NCBI GenBank assembly: GCA_043747615.1
Contig: JAYTOU010000049.1
Location: forward strand, 1 to 64,000
Reading direction: 5' to 3'
Length of the DNA: 64,000 bases
From: Myxococcales bacterium
Lineage (GTDB): Bacteria > Myxococcota_A > Polyangia > Polyangiales > Polyangiaceae
Position numbers and translations under genes: made by a program
Shown here: positions 1-8,795 of the stretch, one piece after another
Layout: every line of letters starts with the position of its first letter
Position numbering within the stretch: the stretch's first letter is position 1
Notes under the pieces: generated by a model
The model's input: the letters and a program-made list of their open reading frames with translations, nothing else
Databases searched by the model: none
What the model was told of the DNA's origin: nothing

Positions 1-285
1 CACAGCATCGAAGGCACGATGGGCCAAGAGATCGCCAAGCTCGATCGGGCGCGCGCCGCGCTTACGGAGGGCGACCCGCTCCGCACACAGCAGCTCGTAA
101 ACGACTACGAAGCTCGGTTCCCCGAGGGGTCCTTCCTCGAGGAAGCGGAGGTCCTCCGCATAGAAGCTCTCTTGCAACAAGGCGACCGTGCTGGTGCAAC
201 CCGCGTGGGCACGCGCTTCCTTGGTTCCCATCCGACGAGCCCGCATGCTGCCCGGGTTCGAACGCTGCTGGGTTCTCCTCCTTAG
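1..285 (+). CDS. Partial CDS (3' end): TPR/BamD-like helical domain of the type found at the C-terminus of myxobacterial anti-sigma-like proteins
   Basis: Frame open from base 1; pattern LDRARAAL..GD...YEARFPEGSFLEEAEVLRIEAL...FL..HPTSPHAARVR. Confidence 0.6.
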   Translation, partial: HSIEGTMGQEIAKLDRARAALTEGDPLRTQQLVNDYEARFPEGSFLEEAEVLRIEALLQQGDRAGATRVGTRFLGSHPTSPHAARVRTLLGSPP

Positions 286-297
286 CGGAAGCGGCCG

Positions 298-783
298 TTG
301 AAGTACTTCCGCGCGGTGCACGTCTCGGCGATCTTCGTTGCTGCGATCGCTTGCGGAAAAGACGTCGATCTCGGCGGACGCTCCGAGGCGGGGGCAGCTG
401 CGGACAACTGCGATCCCTGCGCTGCATCGGCGGATTGCCTTCCTAACTCGGCGTGTGCCCGAATTGGCGGAGACACGTTCTGCGCAAAGCTTTGCGCCAA
501 TGGAGCCCAGTGCCGCGCGAGCGAAAGCTGCCGCTCGACGTCCAACGCCGGCGGCAGCGACACGCAGGCATGCGTCCCCACGAGCGGATTCTGCGCGCCA
601 GCGATCGCCCCGACGGGCGCCGACGCGGGTACGTGCGGTGTGCTGGCTGGCCCGAGCATCGTCGCAATGTGCCACTCGTGCGGCCGCTTCTCGGACGACT
701 GCCAGCCGAACGGGTGCTACGGAGGGTGGTGGTGCAACACGACGACGCACTACTGCGAGCGACCACCGAGGAGCTGTCCGTGA
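298..783 (+). CDS. Cys-rich putative lipoprotein
   Basis: Hydrophobic N-terminus with lipobox AIAC; many regularly spaced Cys; TTG start just after the upstream stop. Confidence 0.7.
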   Translation: MKYFRAVHVSAIFVAAIACGKDVDLGGRSEAGAAADNCDPCAASADCLPNSACARIGGDTFCAKLCANGAQCRASESCRSTSNAGGSDTQACVPTSGFCAPAIAPTGADAGTCGVLAGPSIVAMCHSCGRFSDDCQPNGCYGGWWCNTTTHYCERPPRSCP

Positions 784-1814
784 GAAATTTTTCTCTCTGC
801 TTTCTGCCGACTGCACTCGCCGTTTGTCTCGCGAGCTGCGGATCATCGACTCCAAAGAATGCCGCTGCGAGCTGCCCAGACGTCGCGAAGGGCGCCACCT
901 TCCCTTGCGATCCGACGCCGAGCTCGGTGGATGCGTCGAGCCTCTCCTGCTTCGTTGCGCGCCTTCCCCATGGGACGGACTTCGATCCGTTGTCGCAACC
1001 TCAGCTCGACGCGGCCGCCCGAATGGCTCGCGCCCTCGTCGACAACGATCTGCCCACCGCCCAGGATCGAGCGAGCGCCGTCGGTTACCAGGTTGTCCGT
1101 CTGCGAACGCCCACGGAGTGCTACTGGGCGCTCACGCCGCCGAGCGCCGCCCCCCGAGGCCAGGCAACGCTCGTCGTGCGTGATGCGTGGGCGCGGGATC
1201 TCGTGATCGAGGCGCCGCACGTTCCCTACGACGGGAACACCGATGCCGAGTCTGCCTTGGTGTTCGAGTCTACCCGGGCACGAGCGCTTCTCGTGGCCGG
1301 CGCTCAGCGCTGCGCGTCCAGCCAAAAATCTGGATGCAACGCCAACTCTCAATGCGGGTCTAGCTCGAAGGAGAGCGACCCTTCGCACTCCGTTCACACG
1401 GCGTTTCATGGAATGCACGTGGGCGTCGCGACGGCGCCGCAGACGACCGTCGCCGTGCAATTTCACACCAACCTCGAGCTGAGCTTGAACGGCACCATCC
1501 TCGTTTCGAATGGAACTCGCGCTCCAAGCGCCCGATCACAAAAGCTCTTCGATGCCCTTGTGGCACGCGGAGTGGATCCGAAGACGTGCAACGATCTTGC
1601 GAAACCCGTTGGCAACGGGGCCTACTGCGGGACCACGAGCGCGCAAGCCCTCGCAAGCAACGGCGTGGGCGACGCGTGCACCGGCGCGGCGACGACCACG
1701 AGCGATCTCTTTCTCCACGTGGAGCAAAACTCGCGCAAGTTGGAGGACGTCGCAGGATGGTCGGCGTCCGTCGGCCAGGCTATCGCCGACGCTTTTCCCC
1801 CGCGAACGCCGTAA
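780..1814 (+). CDS. Hypothetical lipoprotein, possibly a metal-dependent hydrolase
   Basis: GTG at 780 overlaps the upstream TGA (GTGA); lipobox LASC; His/Glu motifs IEAPH, SDPSH, VQFH, FLHVEQ. Confidence 0.65.
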   Translation: MRNFSLCFLPTALAVCLASCGSSTPKNAAASCPDVAKGATFPCDPTPSSVDASSLSCFVARLPHGTDFDPLSQPQLDAAARMARALVDNDLPTAQDRASAVGYQVVRLRTPTECYWALTPPSAAPRGQATLVVRDAWARDLVIEAPHVPYDGNTDAESALVFESTRARALLVAGAQRCASSQKSGCNANSQCGSSSKESDPSHSVHTAFHGMHVGVATAPQTTVAVQFHTNLELSLNGTILVSNGTRAPSARSQKLFDALVARGVDPKTCNDLAKPVGNGAYCGTTSAQALASNGVGDACTGAATTTSDLFLHVEQNSRKLEDVAGWSASVGQAIADAFPPRTP

Positions 1815-1948
1815 ATATTTTTTCGCGCCACTTGCACGCAGAGGCCGTTACGGGGGGCGGCGTTCGGGTTTCGCATTCCGACGTCTACTCGAACGGGTCG
1901 GTGCTGGTGGTGAAGGTCAACGTATTCAATCATCCAGTTCAAGACGCC

Positions 1949-2098
1949 AACACCGGCACTCCGGCCTCGAACGTCGACCTGAGCAAGCGCCGCGCGGCGG
2001 CCGTCGTCGCTAGTCTCGTGGCTCTCGGCGTGGTCCGCGACCGCCTCACGCGCGCAGCTTTCGGCGACACGAAGCCGATCGGCACCAACGCGAGCGAC
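1949..2098 (+). pseudogene. Fragment of an OmpA-like peptidoglycan-binding domain
   Basis: NTGTPASNVDLSKRRAAAVVASLVALGVVRDRLTRAAFGDTKPIGTN matches the OmpA-C core, but the upstream GHTD and the terminal NRRV are missing. Confidence 0.65.
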
Positions 2099-2100
2099 CA

Positions 2101-2205
2101 CGTCTCCGGGCGCTGCCCTGCCTCGGCGAGCTGTTCGAAGAGTTGCCGGTTCGACGCGAAGTAGTTCGCCTTGAAGTGGTGGATCCCCGCTTCAAGCTTC
2201 TGCAC
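2101..2205 (-). pseudogene. Truncated 5' end of a beta-class carbonic anhydrase
   Basis: MQKLEAGIHHFKANYFASNRQLFEQLAEAGQRPET is a typical beta-CA N-terminus; similarity stops just before the expected LFITCSDSR zinc-binding motif. Confidence 0.7.
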
Positions 2206-2974
2206 GCGAGGACTTTAGCAGCGCAGCGAGGGCGAGCGCCGACAAAGCCATCCCCTGCGTGAAGGTCAGCCCCATAGGCCCGCGAAGCAGGTCTCCGCGC
2301 ACGCAGTCAACGACGAACCGCGTCGCGGCGTAACCGAAGAGCACGAACGCGATGTCGCGGCCCGGTCGTCTCGAAGGGCGCGCAAAAAAGAGCCCCGCGA
2401 GAAGCACGAGGCCGGCCGCGGCTTCGTAGAGTTGCGTCGGATGGACCGCGAGTGAAAGCAAACGGCCGGTCCCGATCTGTCCTCGATCTAGCTGCGCGCG
2501 GAAGGCGGCAGTCCCGATGGGGAAGCGCACGGCCCACGGCAAGCGACTTGGCACACCGAAGTCGCATCCGCCGATAAAGCAGCCGACCCTGGAAAAAAAG
2601 AGAATGACGGCGATCGATGCCGCGATCGCGTCGAAGGCAGGGAGAAGCTGAACGCCGGAACGCCGGCAGGTGAGCGCGTAGCCGCCGAGGAAAGCGAGAA
2701 GCGCTCCGGTGCCGGCAAGCTCGAGGTCAGGACGAGCGCCGTCCGCTCCTGCAACGATCCAACGGGCGTACGAGGCACCGCAGCCAAGCGCGAACGCTCC
2801 GGCGACTGCGCAGACGATACCCACCGCATACGCTCGCGCGTGCACGGGCTCTCGGCTGCGCAGTGCAAGAAGAAGTGCCCCCGCAAGAACGGCGGTGATT
2901 TGAAATGTCTCCCAACAGATCCACCAGGGGCCGAGACGTGCCGCGAACCAGGCGCGTTCGAGAAAGAGACTCAT
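2192..2974 (-). CDS. Prolipoprotein diacylglyceryl transferase (Lgt)-family protein
   Basis: SRVGCFIGGCDFG, PWAVRFP, VHPTQLYE and RFVVDCVRGD motifs; multi-TM; ATG at 2974. Confidence 0.8.
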   Translation of the reverse strand: MSLFLERAWFAARLGPWWICWETFQITAVLAGALLLALRSREPVHARAYAVGIVCAVAGAFALGCGASYARWIVAGADGARPDLELAGTGALLAFLGGYALTCRRSGVQLLPAFDAIAASIAVILFFSRVGCFIGGCDFGVPSRLPWAVRFPIGTAAFRAQLDRGQIGTGRLLSLAVHPTQLYEAAAGLVLLAGLFFARPSRRPGRDIAFVLFGYAATRFVVDCVRGDLLRGPMGLTFTQGMALSALALAALLKSSRAEA

Positions 2975-3142
2975 GGGCGCCCCTCTGCAACTCGCAGTCC
3001 GCGAGGGCGCGGTGCGCCTGTCCCGCATTTGCCTCGGTAGATCCGGCTAGCCGCGTAGCGATCTGCGCACCCAAGAGCGTAGAGTTCGCAACTGGTCGAA
3101 CCACTCGACGTGTATTCCACGCGGATCCTTCGGAGGTCTCGG

Positions 3143-3158
3143 CGGCGCGCTCGTTGCA
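3143..3158 (+). promoter_or_regulatory. Putative sigma54 (-24/-12) promoter
   Basis: CGGCGCG-CTCG-TTGCA with exact GG-N10-GC spacing, upstream of RBS AAGGAG and ATG 3185. Confidence 0.55.
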
Positions 3159-3184
3159 CTGGGAGGGCGCAAGGAGAACGAACC

Positions 3185-3466
3185 ATGAGCAACGAACGAA
3201 GAGACGCACGCCGCCGTGGGTGGCGCATGGCCGCGAAGATTGCAGCGATCAGCGGGTTGGCTTTGACGGCAGGGGGAACGGCGCACGCGCTGACCGAGCC
3301 TCCGCAGGCGACGGCAGGTGACGACGGTCGCAGCTTGCCGCTCGAGGACTGGATGCGCGTGCAGAACATGAAGAGCGGTGGGTGCATGCCATCCTGGGGT
3401 CCGCCAGCGCCTCCCGTGCGCTCGGCCCGCCAACGAACCAAGCGCGTCGCCCGGAGCAGGCGATGA
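3185..3466 (+). CDS. Small secreted peptide with a C-terminal GGCMPSWGPPAPP motif (candidate precursor peptide)
   Basis: AAGGAG RBS; Arg-rich n-region, hydrophobic h-region, AHA cleavage site; stop overlaps the next start (ATGA). Confidence 0.75.
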   Translation: MSNERRDARRRGWRMAAKIAAISGLALTAGGTAHALTEPPQATAGDDGRSLPLEDWMRVQNMKSGGCMPSWGPPAPPVRSARQRTKRVARSRR

Positions 3467-4242
3467 CCGTTCTCGATTTGCGAAGAGAGGTCTCGAAGAA
3501 TCCGCTCCTGCTTCCGGAGTTGGGCGCGCCGCCGGAGAGCGAGCTTCAGGCCGCACGGCACAACTGGCGAGAACGGATGGTGAGTGAGCATGCCTCTGCG
3601 CGGGTTTTTTCTGCGCTCGTGGGACAGGCGATGCACGCAGGGCTGTCGCGGCGCGAGGTCTACGAGCTGACGCGGATGGCGCGGGAAGAGCTCGATCATG
3701 GCCTGTTGTGCGCGCGCGCTCTCGTGGCGCTTGGTGGCGAAGCCGTGGCGGATCTCCCGGCGCTCGATCCGATCCCAGCGCACGAAGACGCAGAGCCTCT
3801 CGAAGCACTCCTGCGAAATGTGCTCAGCGTGAGCTGCGTCAGTGAGACCGTTGCCGTGGCGCTCGTCGCGACGGAGCGTGAGCAGGCGGGCCCCCCGGCG
3901 ATCCGGCGGTTGCTCGACCAGATCTTGAAGGACGAAGTCGGCCACGCCCGCTTCGGGTGGCGCTTGCTCGCCGAGCGACCTCTGTCATCGGCGCTGCGCG
4001 ATCGACTCAGCGACTACCTGGTCGACGTCTTCGAGCATCAACTCGCCTTTCATTCTCCCTTTCTCACGATGCCGTGCTCCTCCGCAGAAGGGACGGCGAT
4101 TGGCGCGCCTCATGGTCGCTCGAGCTGGTTGGTGTTCGTCGAGACGATGCGCGGAGTCGTCATTCCGGGCCTCGAACGGCACGGACTCCGTGCGGCGCAG
4201 GCCTGGCAGAGCATCACTGGCGAGGCCGCGATCGCGGCGTAA
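3463..4242 (+). CDS. Ferritin-like diiron domain protein
   Basis: Ligand pattern E (MVSEH)...EELDH...E (SETVA)...DEVGH; coupled to the upstream peptide. Confidence 0.85.
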   Translation: MTVLDLRREVSKNPLLLPELGAPPESELQAARHNWRERMVSEHASARVFSALVGQAMHAGLSRREVYELTRMAREELDHGLLCARALVALGGEAVADLPALDPIPAHEDAEPLEALLRNVLSVSCVSETVAVALVATEREQAGPPAIRRLLDQILKDEVGHARFGWRLLAERPLSSALRDRLSDYLVDVFEHQLAFHSPFLTMPCSSAEGTAIGAPHGRSSWLVFVETMRGVVIPGLERHGLRAAQAWQSITGEAAIAA

Positions 4243-4280
4243 CACCCGCTGGGCCTTCGCTGGTAACGTGGGATCGGATC

Positions 4281-4970
4281 ATGATTCGCCTGGTCATATC
4301 GTCCGACGAGCTCCTCGCCTCTCGCGACGAAGCCGAGCGACAGGCGCGGCTTCGATCGATCAACACGCACCTACGCGGCGGGCAGCTGGTCGTCGATTCG
4401 GTGTTCGACGACGTGTATCCGCTCGAGTTGCGCGCCGTTTCGTCGTCTTTCTGGACGCCCGTATCCGTTGCGGTGCGGGCTGCGGATCTTCTCGTGCACG
4501 GAAAGACTGACCGCATCCTCGATGTGGGCTCCGGCATTGGAAAGTTTTGCATCATCGGCGCCGCCTCGACGAGGGCGGCGTTCGTCGGCGTCGAGCAACG
4601 GTCTTATTTCGTACGCGTTGCCGAAGAGGCGAGACGACGCATAGGTGTGCAGTCCGCTCGGTTCATCGAAGGCTCGTTCGATGACGTGGACGTGAACGAC
4701 TTCGACGGAATTTATTTCTTCAATCCGTTCGAAGAAAATCTTTGGGGCGCTGACACCCAACTCGACCACACAGTAGAGCTCTCGGAGGCTCGCTATCACG
4801 CCGATATCGAGGCCGCGAAGAGCATGCTCTCACGCGCGCGCGTCGGCACCCGCGTCGTGACCTACCACGGCTTCGGCGGCGACCTACCTCCGAGCTACGA
4901 GCTGGTGCACAGCGAGCCAATCCGCACCGACAAGCTCGACTTGTGGATCAGGCGCGACGGTCAGGGCTGA
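4281..4970 (+). CDS. Class I SAM-dependent methyltransferase
   Basis: ILDVGSGIGKF motif I, FVGVEQ motif, FFNPF. Confidence 0.85.
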   Translation: MIRLVISSDELLASRDEAERQARLRSINTHLRGGQLVVDSVFDDVYPLELRAVSSSFWTPVSVAVRAADLLVHGKTDRILDVGSGIGKFCIIGAASTRAAFVGVEQRSYFVRVAEEARRRIGVQSARFIEGSFDDVDVNDFDGIYFFNPFEENLWGADTQLDHTVELSEARYHADIEAAKSMLSRARVGTRVVTYHGFGGDLPPSYELVHSEPIRTDKLDLWIRRDGQG

Positions 4971-6769
4971 ATCTGCTCGAACACCCAGCGCGAGATGTCG
5001 GCCGCCCCCTCCACGGAGTAGTGCAAGCCGTCTGGGCGAATCTCGGCGCCCTCGAACTCGCGCGCACACACGCCGTTCGGGCAAAGCCGTTCGCCCAGCT
5101 CGAGGACCCGCACGCCGTCGACCGATCCAGCCGCTTTCCTGATGGAAGCGTTGATGCAGTCGACCTCGGCCCGAAAGACGGAAGTTTCCCAGGGGCCTAA
5201 AATGTAGGGGATCGTCACGGCCCACACCCGCCCGTCCGACGATTTCAAGTCGCGGAGCCGCGGCGCGAGCGCGCTCTCGAACTGGGTATCCCATCCCGGA
5301 TAGCATGATTTTCGCCATCCATCGTCGAGGGTGAGGCCGTGCAGGAACGCGCCGCCGAGAACCACGAGGGTTGCGTTCGGGTGGAGATCCGTCGTTCGCT
5401 GCGCCCAGGTTGGTGCGTAGCACGCGTCCCACAGCATCGTGCATCCGTCTTGGCCCATGAGCTCGACGTCGACACCTTGCTTGTGGACACCACGCAGCCC
5501 CCACCCAAGCGAGTTCGCCGTCGAGTCTCCGACGAGCAAGACTCGGAAGGCGACGTCAGTACCCTGCGCGTGCCCTGCGTCAGTGAAGAAAGACGACGGT
5601 CCGGGCGACACCGACGGCTGACGCGCGTTCGTCGCTCGCACGAGGAGAACGATCGAAAGCGCGACGGCGGCGGGTACCATGTAAATGGGGCGTCCGAAGG
5701 GAAGACCTCGCATCCGGATCGGTCTCTCGAGGACGCGATAAGACACGATGGCGATCGCAAACGTGAGCGCGAACTGCATGACGTGGAGCCACGGTCCGTG
5801 CACGTGCATACGCCCCGGGCTGAGAAACACGTTTACCGGCCAGTGCCAGAGGTAGATGCCGTAGCTGAGCGTACCGACGAGGGTGAGCGGTCGAAAAGAC
5901 AGCACGCGCGCAACCACGCTCGTCGGACCCGCGACGGCGCATACGATGAGTATGAGCGCGGCGATCTCGGTCAGCCAAAATCCGCCGCGGTAGAGAAAGG
6001 CAGCCTCTCCGTCCAGCTTGCACCATGCGACTCCGAGCCCGAGTGCTGCGACGAGACCGAGTAGGTCGAGCCTCCGGATCGCACTGGATTGAAAGGTCGT
6101 GTTGGGGGGCAGCACGGTCGCGAGCGCCGCTCCGGCGAGGATTCCAGCCGCTCGAGTGTCGGTACCTAGATACGCGCGCGTAGTGGCCGCCGGATTGTAG
6201 AGCGCGAGCATCGCGACCATCGAGAGCCCGGTGAGCACGAGCGTGAGCGCGAGAACGGAGTAGCGCGTTCCTCGACGGAGCACGAGCATCACGATGAGCG
6301 GCCATACGACGTAGAACTGTTCCTCGATGGAGAGGCTCCACGTGTGCTCGAGTGGTGACGGCGAAGCAAAGAGCTCCCAGTAGCTCTTGTGCGAGAAGAT
6401 CGCGCTCCAGTTCGCCACGTAGCTGAGCGTCGCGAGCGCGTCCGCACGAAGAGCTTGGAGCTCGCTCGGTTTGGCGAAAAATCGACCGTAGATGGCGATG
6501 ACCGGCATGAGCGAGAGCAGGGCCGGAAAGAGCCGCTTTGCGCGTCGAACCCAGAACGACGAGAGCGCGATGTGCCCAAGCTCGCGATGCTCGGCGAGGA
6601 GCAATGACGTGATGAGGTACCCGGAAAGAACGAAGAACAAGTCGACTCCGAGGTAGCCGCCCGGAAGCGCACCGTTCGCGTGAAAGAAAAGAACGCCGAG
6701 GAGCGCCACACCGCGCAGCCCATCGAGCGCGGGAACATGACTAAGGCTAGTGCGATTGGCCGAGGACAA
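4961..6769 (-). CDS. OafA/OatA-type acyltransferase (AT3) with C-terminal SGNH domain
   Basis: ALDGLRG, GVDLFFVLSGYLIT, HTWSLSIEEQFY, SYGIYLWHWP; SGNH motifs VGDS and DGLH; start uncertain (6769-6811). Confidence 0.9.
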   Translation of the reverse strand: MSSANRTSLSHVPALDGLRGVALLGVLFFHANGALPGGYLGVDLFFVLSGYLITSLLLAEHRELGHIALSSFWVRRAKRLFPALLSLMPVIAIYGRFFAKPSELQALRADALATLSYVANWSAIFSHKSYWELFASPSPLEHTWSLSIEEQFYVVWPLIVMLVLRRGTRYSVLALTLVLTGLSMVAMLALYNPAATTRAYLGTDTRAAGILAGAALATVLPPNTTFQSSAIRRLDLLGLVAALGLGVAWCKLDGEAAFLYRGGFWLTEIAALILIVCAVAGPTSVVARVLSFRPLTLVGTLSYGIYLWHWPVNVFLSPGRMHVHGPWLHVMQFALTFAIAIVSYRVLERPIRMRGLPFGRPIYMVPAAVALSIVLLVRATNARQPSVSPGPSSFFTDAGHAQGTDVAFRVLLVGDSTANSLGWGLRGVHKQGVDVELMGQDGCTMLWDACYAPTWAQRTTDLHPNATLVVLGGAFLHGLTLDDGWRKSCYPGWDTQFESALAPRLRDLKSSDGRVWAVTIPYILGPWETSVFRAEVDCINASIRKAAGSVDGVRVLELGERLCPNGVCAREFEGAEIRPDGLHYSVEGAADISRWVFEQIQP

Positions 6770-6788
6770 GGCCCAGACTATAACAGAC

Positions 6789-7631
6789 CTATGGATGAGC
6801 CGAGCGTGCATGCCCGGGGATCGTGCTCGCTCCCGCAAGGTGGCGAGCGATGAGCGTATTGACCTCCGCAGCGTGTGAAATTGGACCCATGTGCCCCGCG
6901 CCCGCGACTTCGTGAAGGAGTGCGCTCGGAAGTGCGGCCAGCAGGATTTCGGCAACGCGCCTCGCGGCGATCGGAGAACGCTCACCCACCAGAAGTAAGG
7001 TCGGACGTGCGAGCGTGGCGTACGCTTCGGCGGCCGTGCGATCGCGCTGGAGCGAATCGACCTCCAAAAAGACCTTTCGGCCAACTGCGAGAAACGCTCC
7101 CCGCGACGCAGCCGGCATCGCGCGCCATGTTCCCGGACCGTTCCAGTAATCGACGAACGCTTCGAGCCAGGGCTCGCTGCCACCGAACGACGGATCGTCG
7201 GGAGTCAGAAAAAGAGCGGTGCGCGCGAGGTCGGCGATGCCCGCCTCGTCGTTGGCACCGTAGAGCACACCGAACGCGACGGGGTCGAAGAGGGCAAGCG
7301 ATCGCACGCGTGACGGATGGAGCCGCGCGAGCGTAAGGGCGACGAGGCCTCCGTACGAGTGACCAACGACGTGCACGGGCGCGCTCACATCGGCAATCAA
7401 CTTTACGACCGCGGCGACGTCATCGAGGAAGTCGAACGGCGCTCTCGGCGGCCACGGTGGGTTGGAGCCCGATCCAAAAAAGTCCGGCGCGATCACCCGG
7501 TACTGCGGTGTGAGAAGCTCGATGAGCTTGCGCCACTGCCGCGACGACATGCCACCGCTGTGAAGGAGCAGGACGACCTGACATTCTACTTCACCCTCGA
7601 CAGTCAAGTCAGCCGCCGGCGTCGTTGACAC
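6789..7631 (-). CDS. Alpha/beta fold hydrolase
   Basis: GHSYGG nucleophile elbow; C-terminal AGHM His; start uncertain. Confidence 0.88.
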   Translation of the reverse strand: MSTTPAADLTVEGEVECQVVLLLHSGGMSSRQWRKLIELLTPQYRVIAPDFFGSGSNPPWPPRAPFDFLDDVAAVVKLIADVSAPVHVVGHSYGGLVALTLARLHPSRVRSLALFDPVAFGVLYGANDEAGIADLARTALFLTPDDPSFGGSEPWLEAFVDYWNGPGTWRAMPAASRGAFLAVGRKVFLEVDSLQRDRTAAEAYATLARPTLLLVGERSPIAARRVAEILLAALPSALLHEVAGAGHMGPISHAAEVNTLIARHLAGASTIPGHARSAHP

Positions 7632-7788
7632 CGGGGAGCGCTTTAATCTCCGTTCGCGCTTCTTTCCAGGCGCGTTGCACTACCCAGGAAAGCGAGCGCT
7701 CGAGCCGCTGCGCTTCGCTCTTGATCTCTTCGAGGGCGGTCTCGGGGAAATAGAGGCTTTGCTTTCGCTTGTCGTTCGTTGCGGCCAT
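7609..7788 (-). CDS. TIGR04563-family (MXAN_4361/4362-like) small ribbon-helix-helix protein, 59 aa; absent from the ORF track
   Basis: Manual translation MAATNDKRKQSLYFPETALEEIKSEAQRLERSLSWVVQRAWKEARTEIKALPGVNDAGG; AAGGAG RBS. Confidence 0.9.
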   Translation of the reverse strand: MAATNDKRKQSLYFPETALEEIKSEAQRLERSLSWVVQRAWKEARTEIKALPGVNDAGG

Positions 7789-7817
7789 GAGCTTGCTCCT
7801 TCGTTCTTCCTTGCGGC

Positions 7818-8117
7818 CTACTGGCAGGTGACGAGACCGGCCGCGCAGCCCGCCTTGCAGCGGAAATTACTTTTGACCATCACACAGTCGTCGTCTGTCA
7901 CGCAGGTCTTCGAGCACTGCTTTCCGTTCACCTGACAGCCGCCCGCCGCGGGCATGAACGCGTAGTCGAGGCACGCAAGGCCACTTTCGCAATCGCCGTC
8001 GGCGCTGCATTTGCCGCCCGCCACAGTGGGCGCCGGCTTGGAGCTACAGCTGCTTGCGATGCCTCCTAGGAGGAAAAGACCCGCGAACGCTGCCACGTAC
8101 TTCGTTGCTCCCGCCAT
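7818..8117 (-). CDS. Small Cys-rich lipoprotein
   Basis: Signal peptide ending ASSC; pattern C...DC..GLAC...C...C.TDDDC. Confidence 0.7.
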   Translation of the reverse strand: MAGATKYVAAFAGLFLLGGIASSCSSKPAPTVAGGKCSADGDCESGLACLDYAFMPAAGGCQVNGKQCSKTCVTDDDCVMVKSNFRCKAGCAAGLVTCQ

Positions 8118-8202
8118 CTCGAACCTGCCTTTCTGTGCGACCGGAGCGTACCGTACCACCCTACGTGCCGCCGCGGTGCGCGCGAGATCGCCGGGAAAGT
8201 CA

Positions 8203-8231
8203 CAAAAAAAAGCCGTGAGGTCATCACGGCT
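8203..8231 (-). terminator. Rho-independent terminator
   Basis: On the minus strand: AGCCGTGA-TGACC-TCACGGCT stem-loop followed by a T run. Confidence 0.8.
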
Positions 8232-8255
8232 CAGATCGGCATCGGCGACTGAGGT

Positions 8256-8396
8256 CTAGGACACGGAGCCCTGCTTGGGCGGCGTGGTCGTTAGATCGCG
8301 CTTGAAGGATTCGATCGCCCTCGCGATGGCAGCCGACCAGCGCTGGCTCTTTTCGACTTCAGTCAGCTCCTGACGCACGCGTTCGCTATCGAGCAT
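8256..8396 (-). CDS. Small hypothetical protein, 46 aa; absent from the ORF track
   Basis: MLDSERVRQELTEVEKSQRWSAAIARAIESFKRDLTTTPPKQGSVS; strong AAGGAG RBS; lies between csbD-like gene and terminator. Confidence 0.6.
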   Translation of the reverse strand: MLDSERVRQELTEVEKSQRWSAAIARAIESFKRDLTTTPPKQGSVS

Positions 8397-8439
8397 TCGA
8401 GTTCTCCTTCAAGTCGCAATGTGGACGGGTGGTGGGTGG

Positions 8440-8739
8440 CTACTTGTTCGCCTTCTGACGTGCTTCGCCTTTGAGCTCTTTGGCTTTGCCTTCGACGATC
8501 ATCTGCTCGTTGTCGATGACGTGGCCGACTCGGTTCTTGACGGCGCCAACGACCTGTTCGACGGCACCCTTCGCGCGCTCTTTGCCCTTGGCAGCGGCTT
8601 CGCGAGCTTCGCCCTGGAGCTCCTTGGCACGGCCTTCGGCTTCCATCTGCTGGTTGCCGATGACCTTGCCGACCGCACCCTTGATTTTACCGCCGAGCTT
8701 CTCTGCCTCTGCTTCTGCCCGGTCGCCTGCGTTGCTCAT
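8440..8739 (-). CDS. CsbD-family general stress protein with two tandem CsbD units
   Basis: Two copies of G.IK/VK..VG.VI.N.QM..EG.AKEL.GEAR; AAGGAA RBS. Confidence 0.85.
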   Translation of the reverse strand: MSNAGDRAEAEAEKLGGKIKGAVGKVIGNQQMEAEGRAKELQGEAREAAAKGKERAKGAVEQVVGAVKNRVGHVIDNEQMIVEGKAKELKGEARQKANK

Positions 8740-8795
8740 GATCGGTTCCTTTCGCTTTGATGGTGTGCCGTTGGTGTTGCTTACTCGACTGCTAG

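Noticed and set aside
1586..2164. 192-aa ORF as an intact OmpA protein
   Set aside because: Overlaps the upstream gene; only about 50 aa are OmpA-like; treated as a pseudogene fragment
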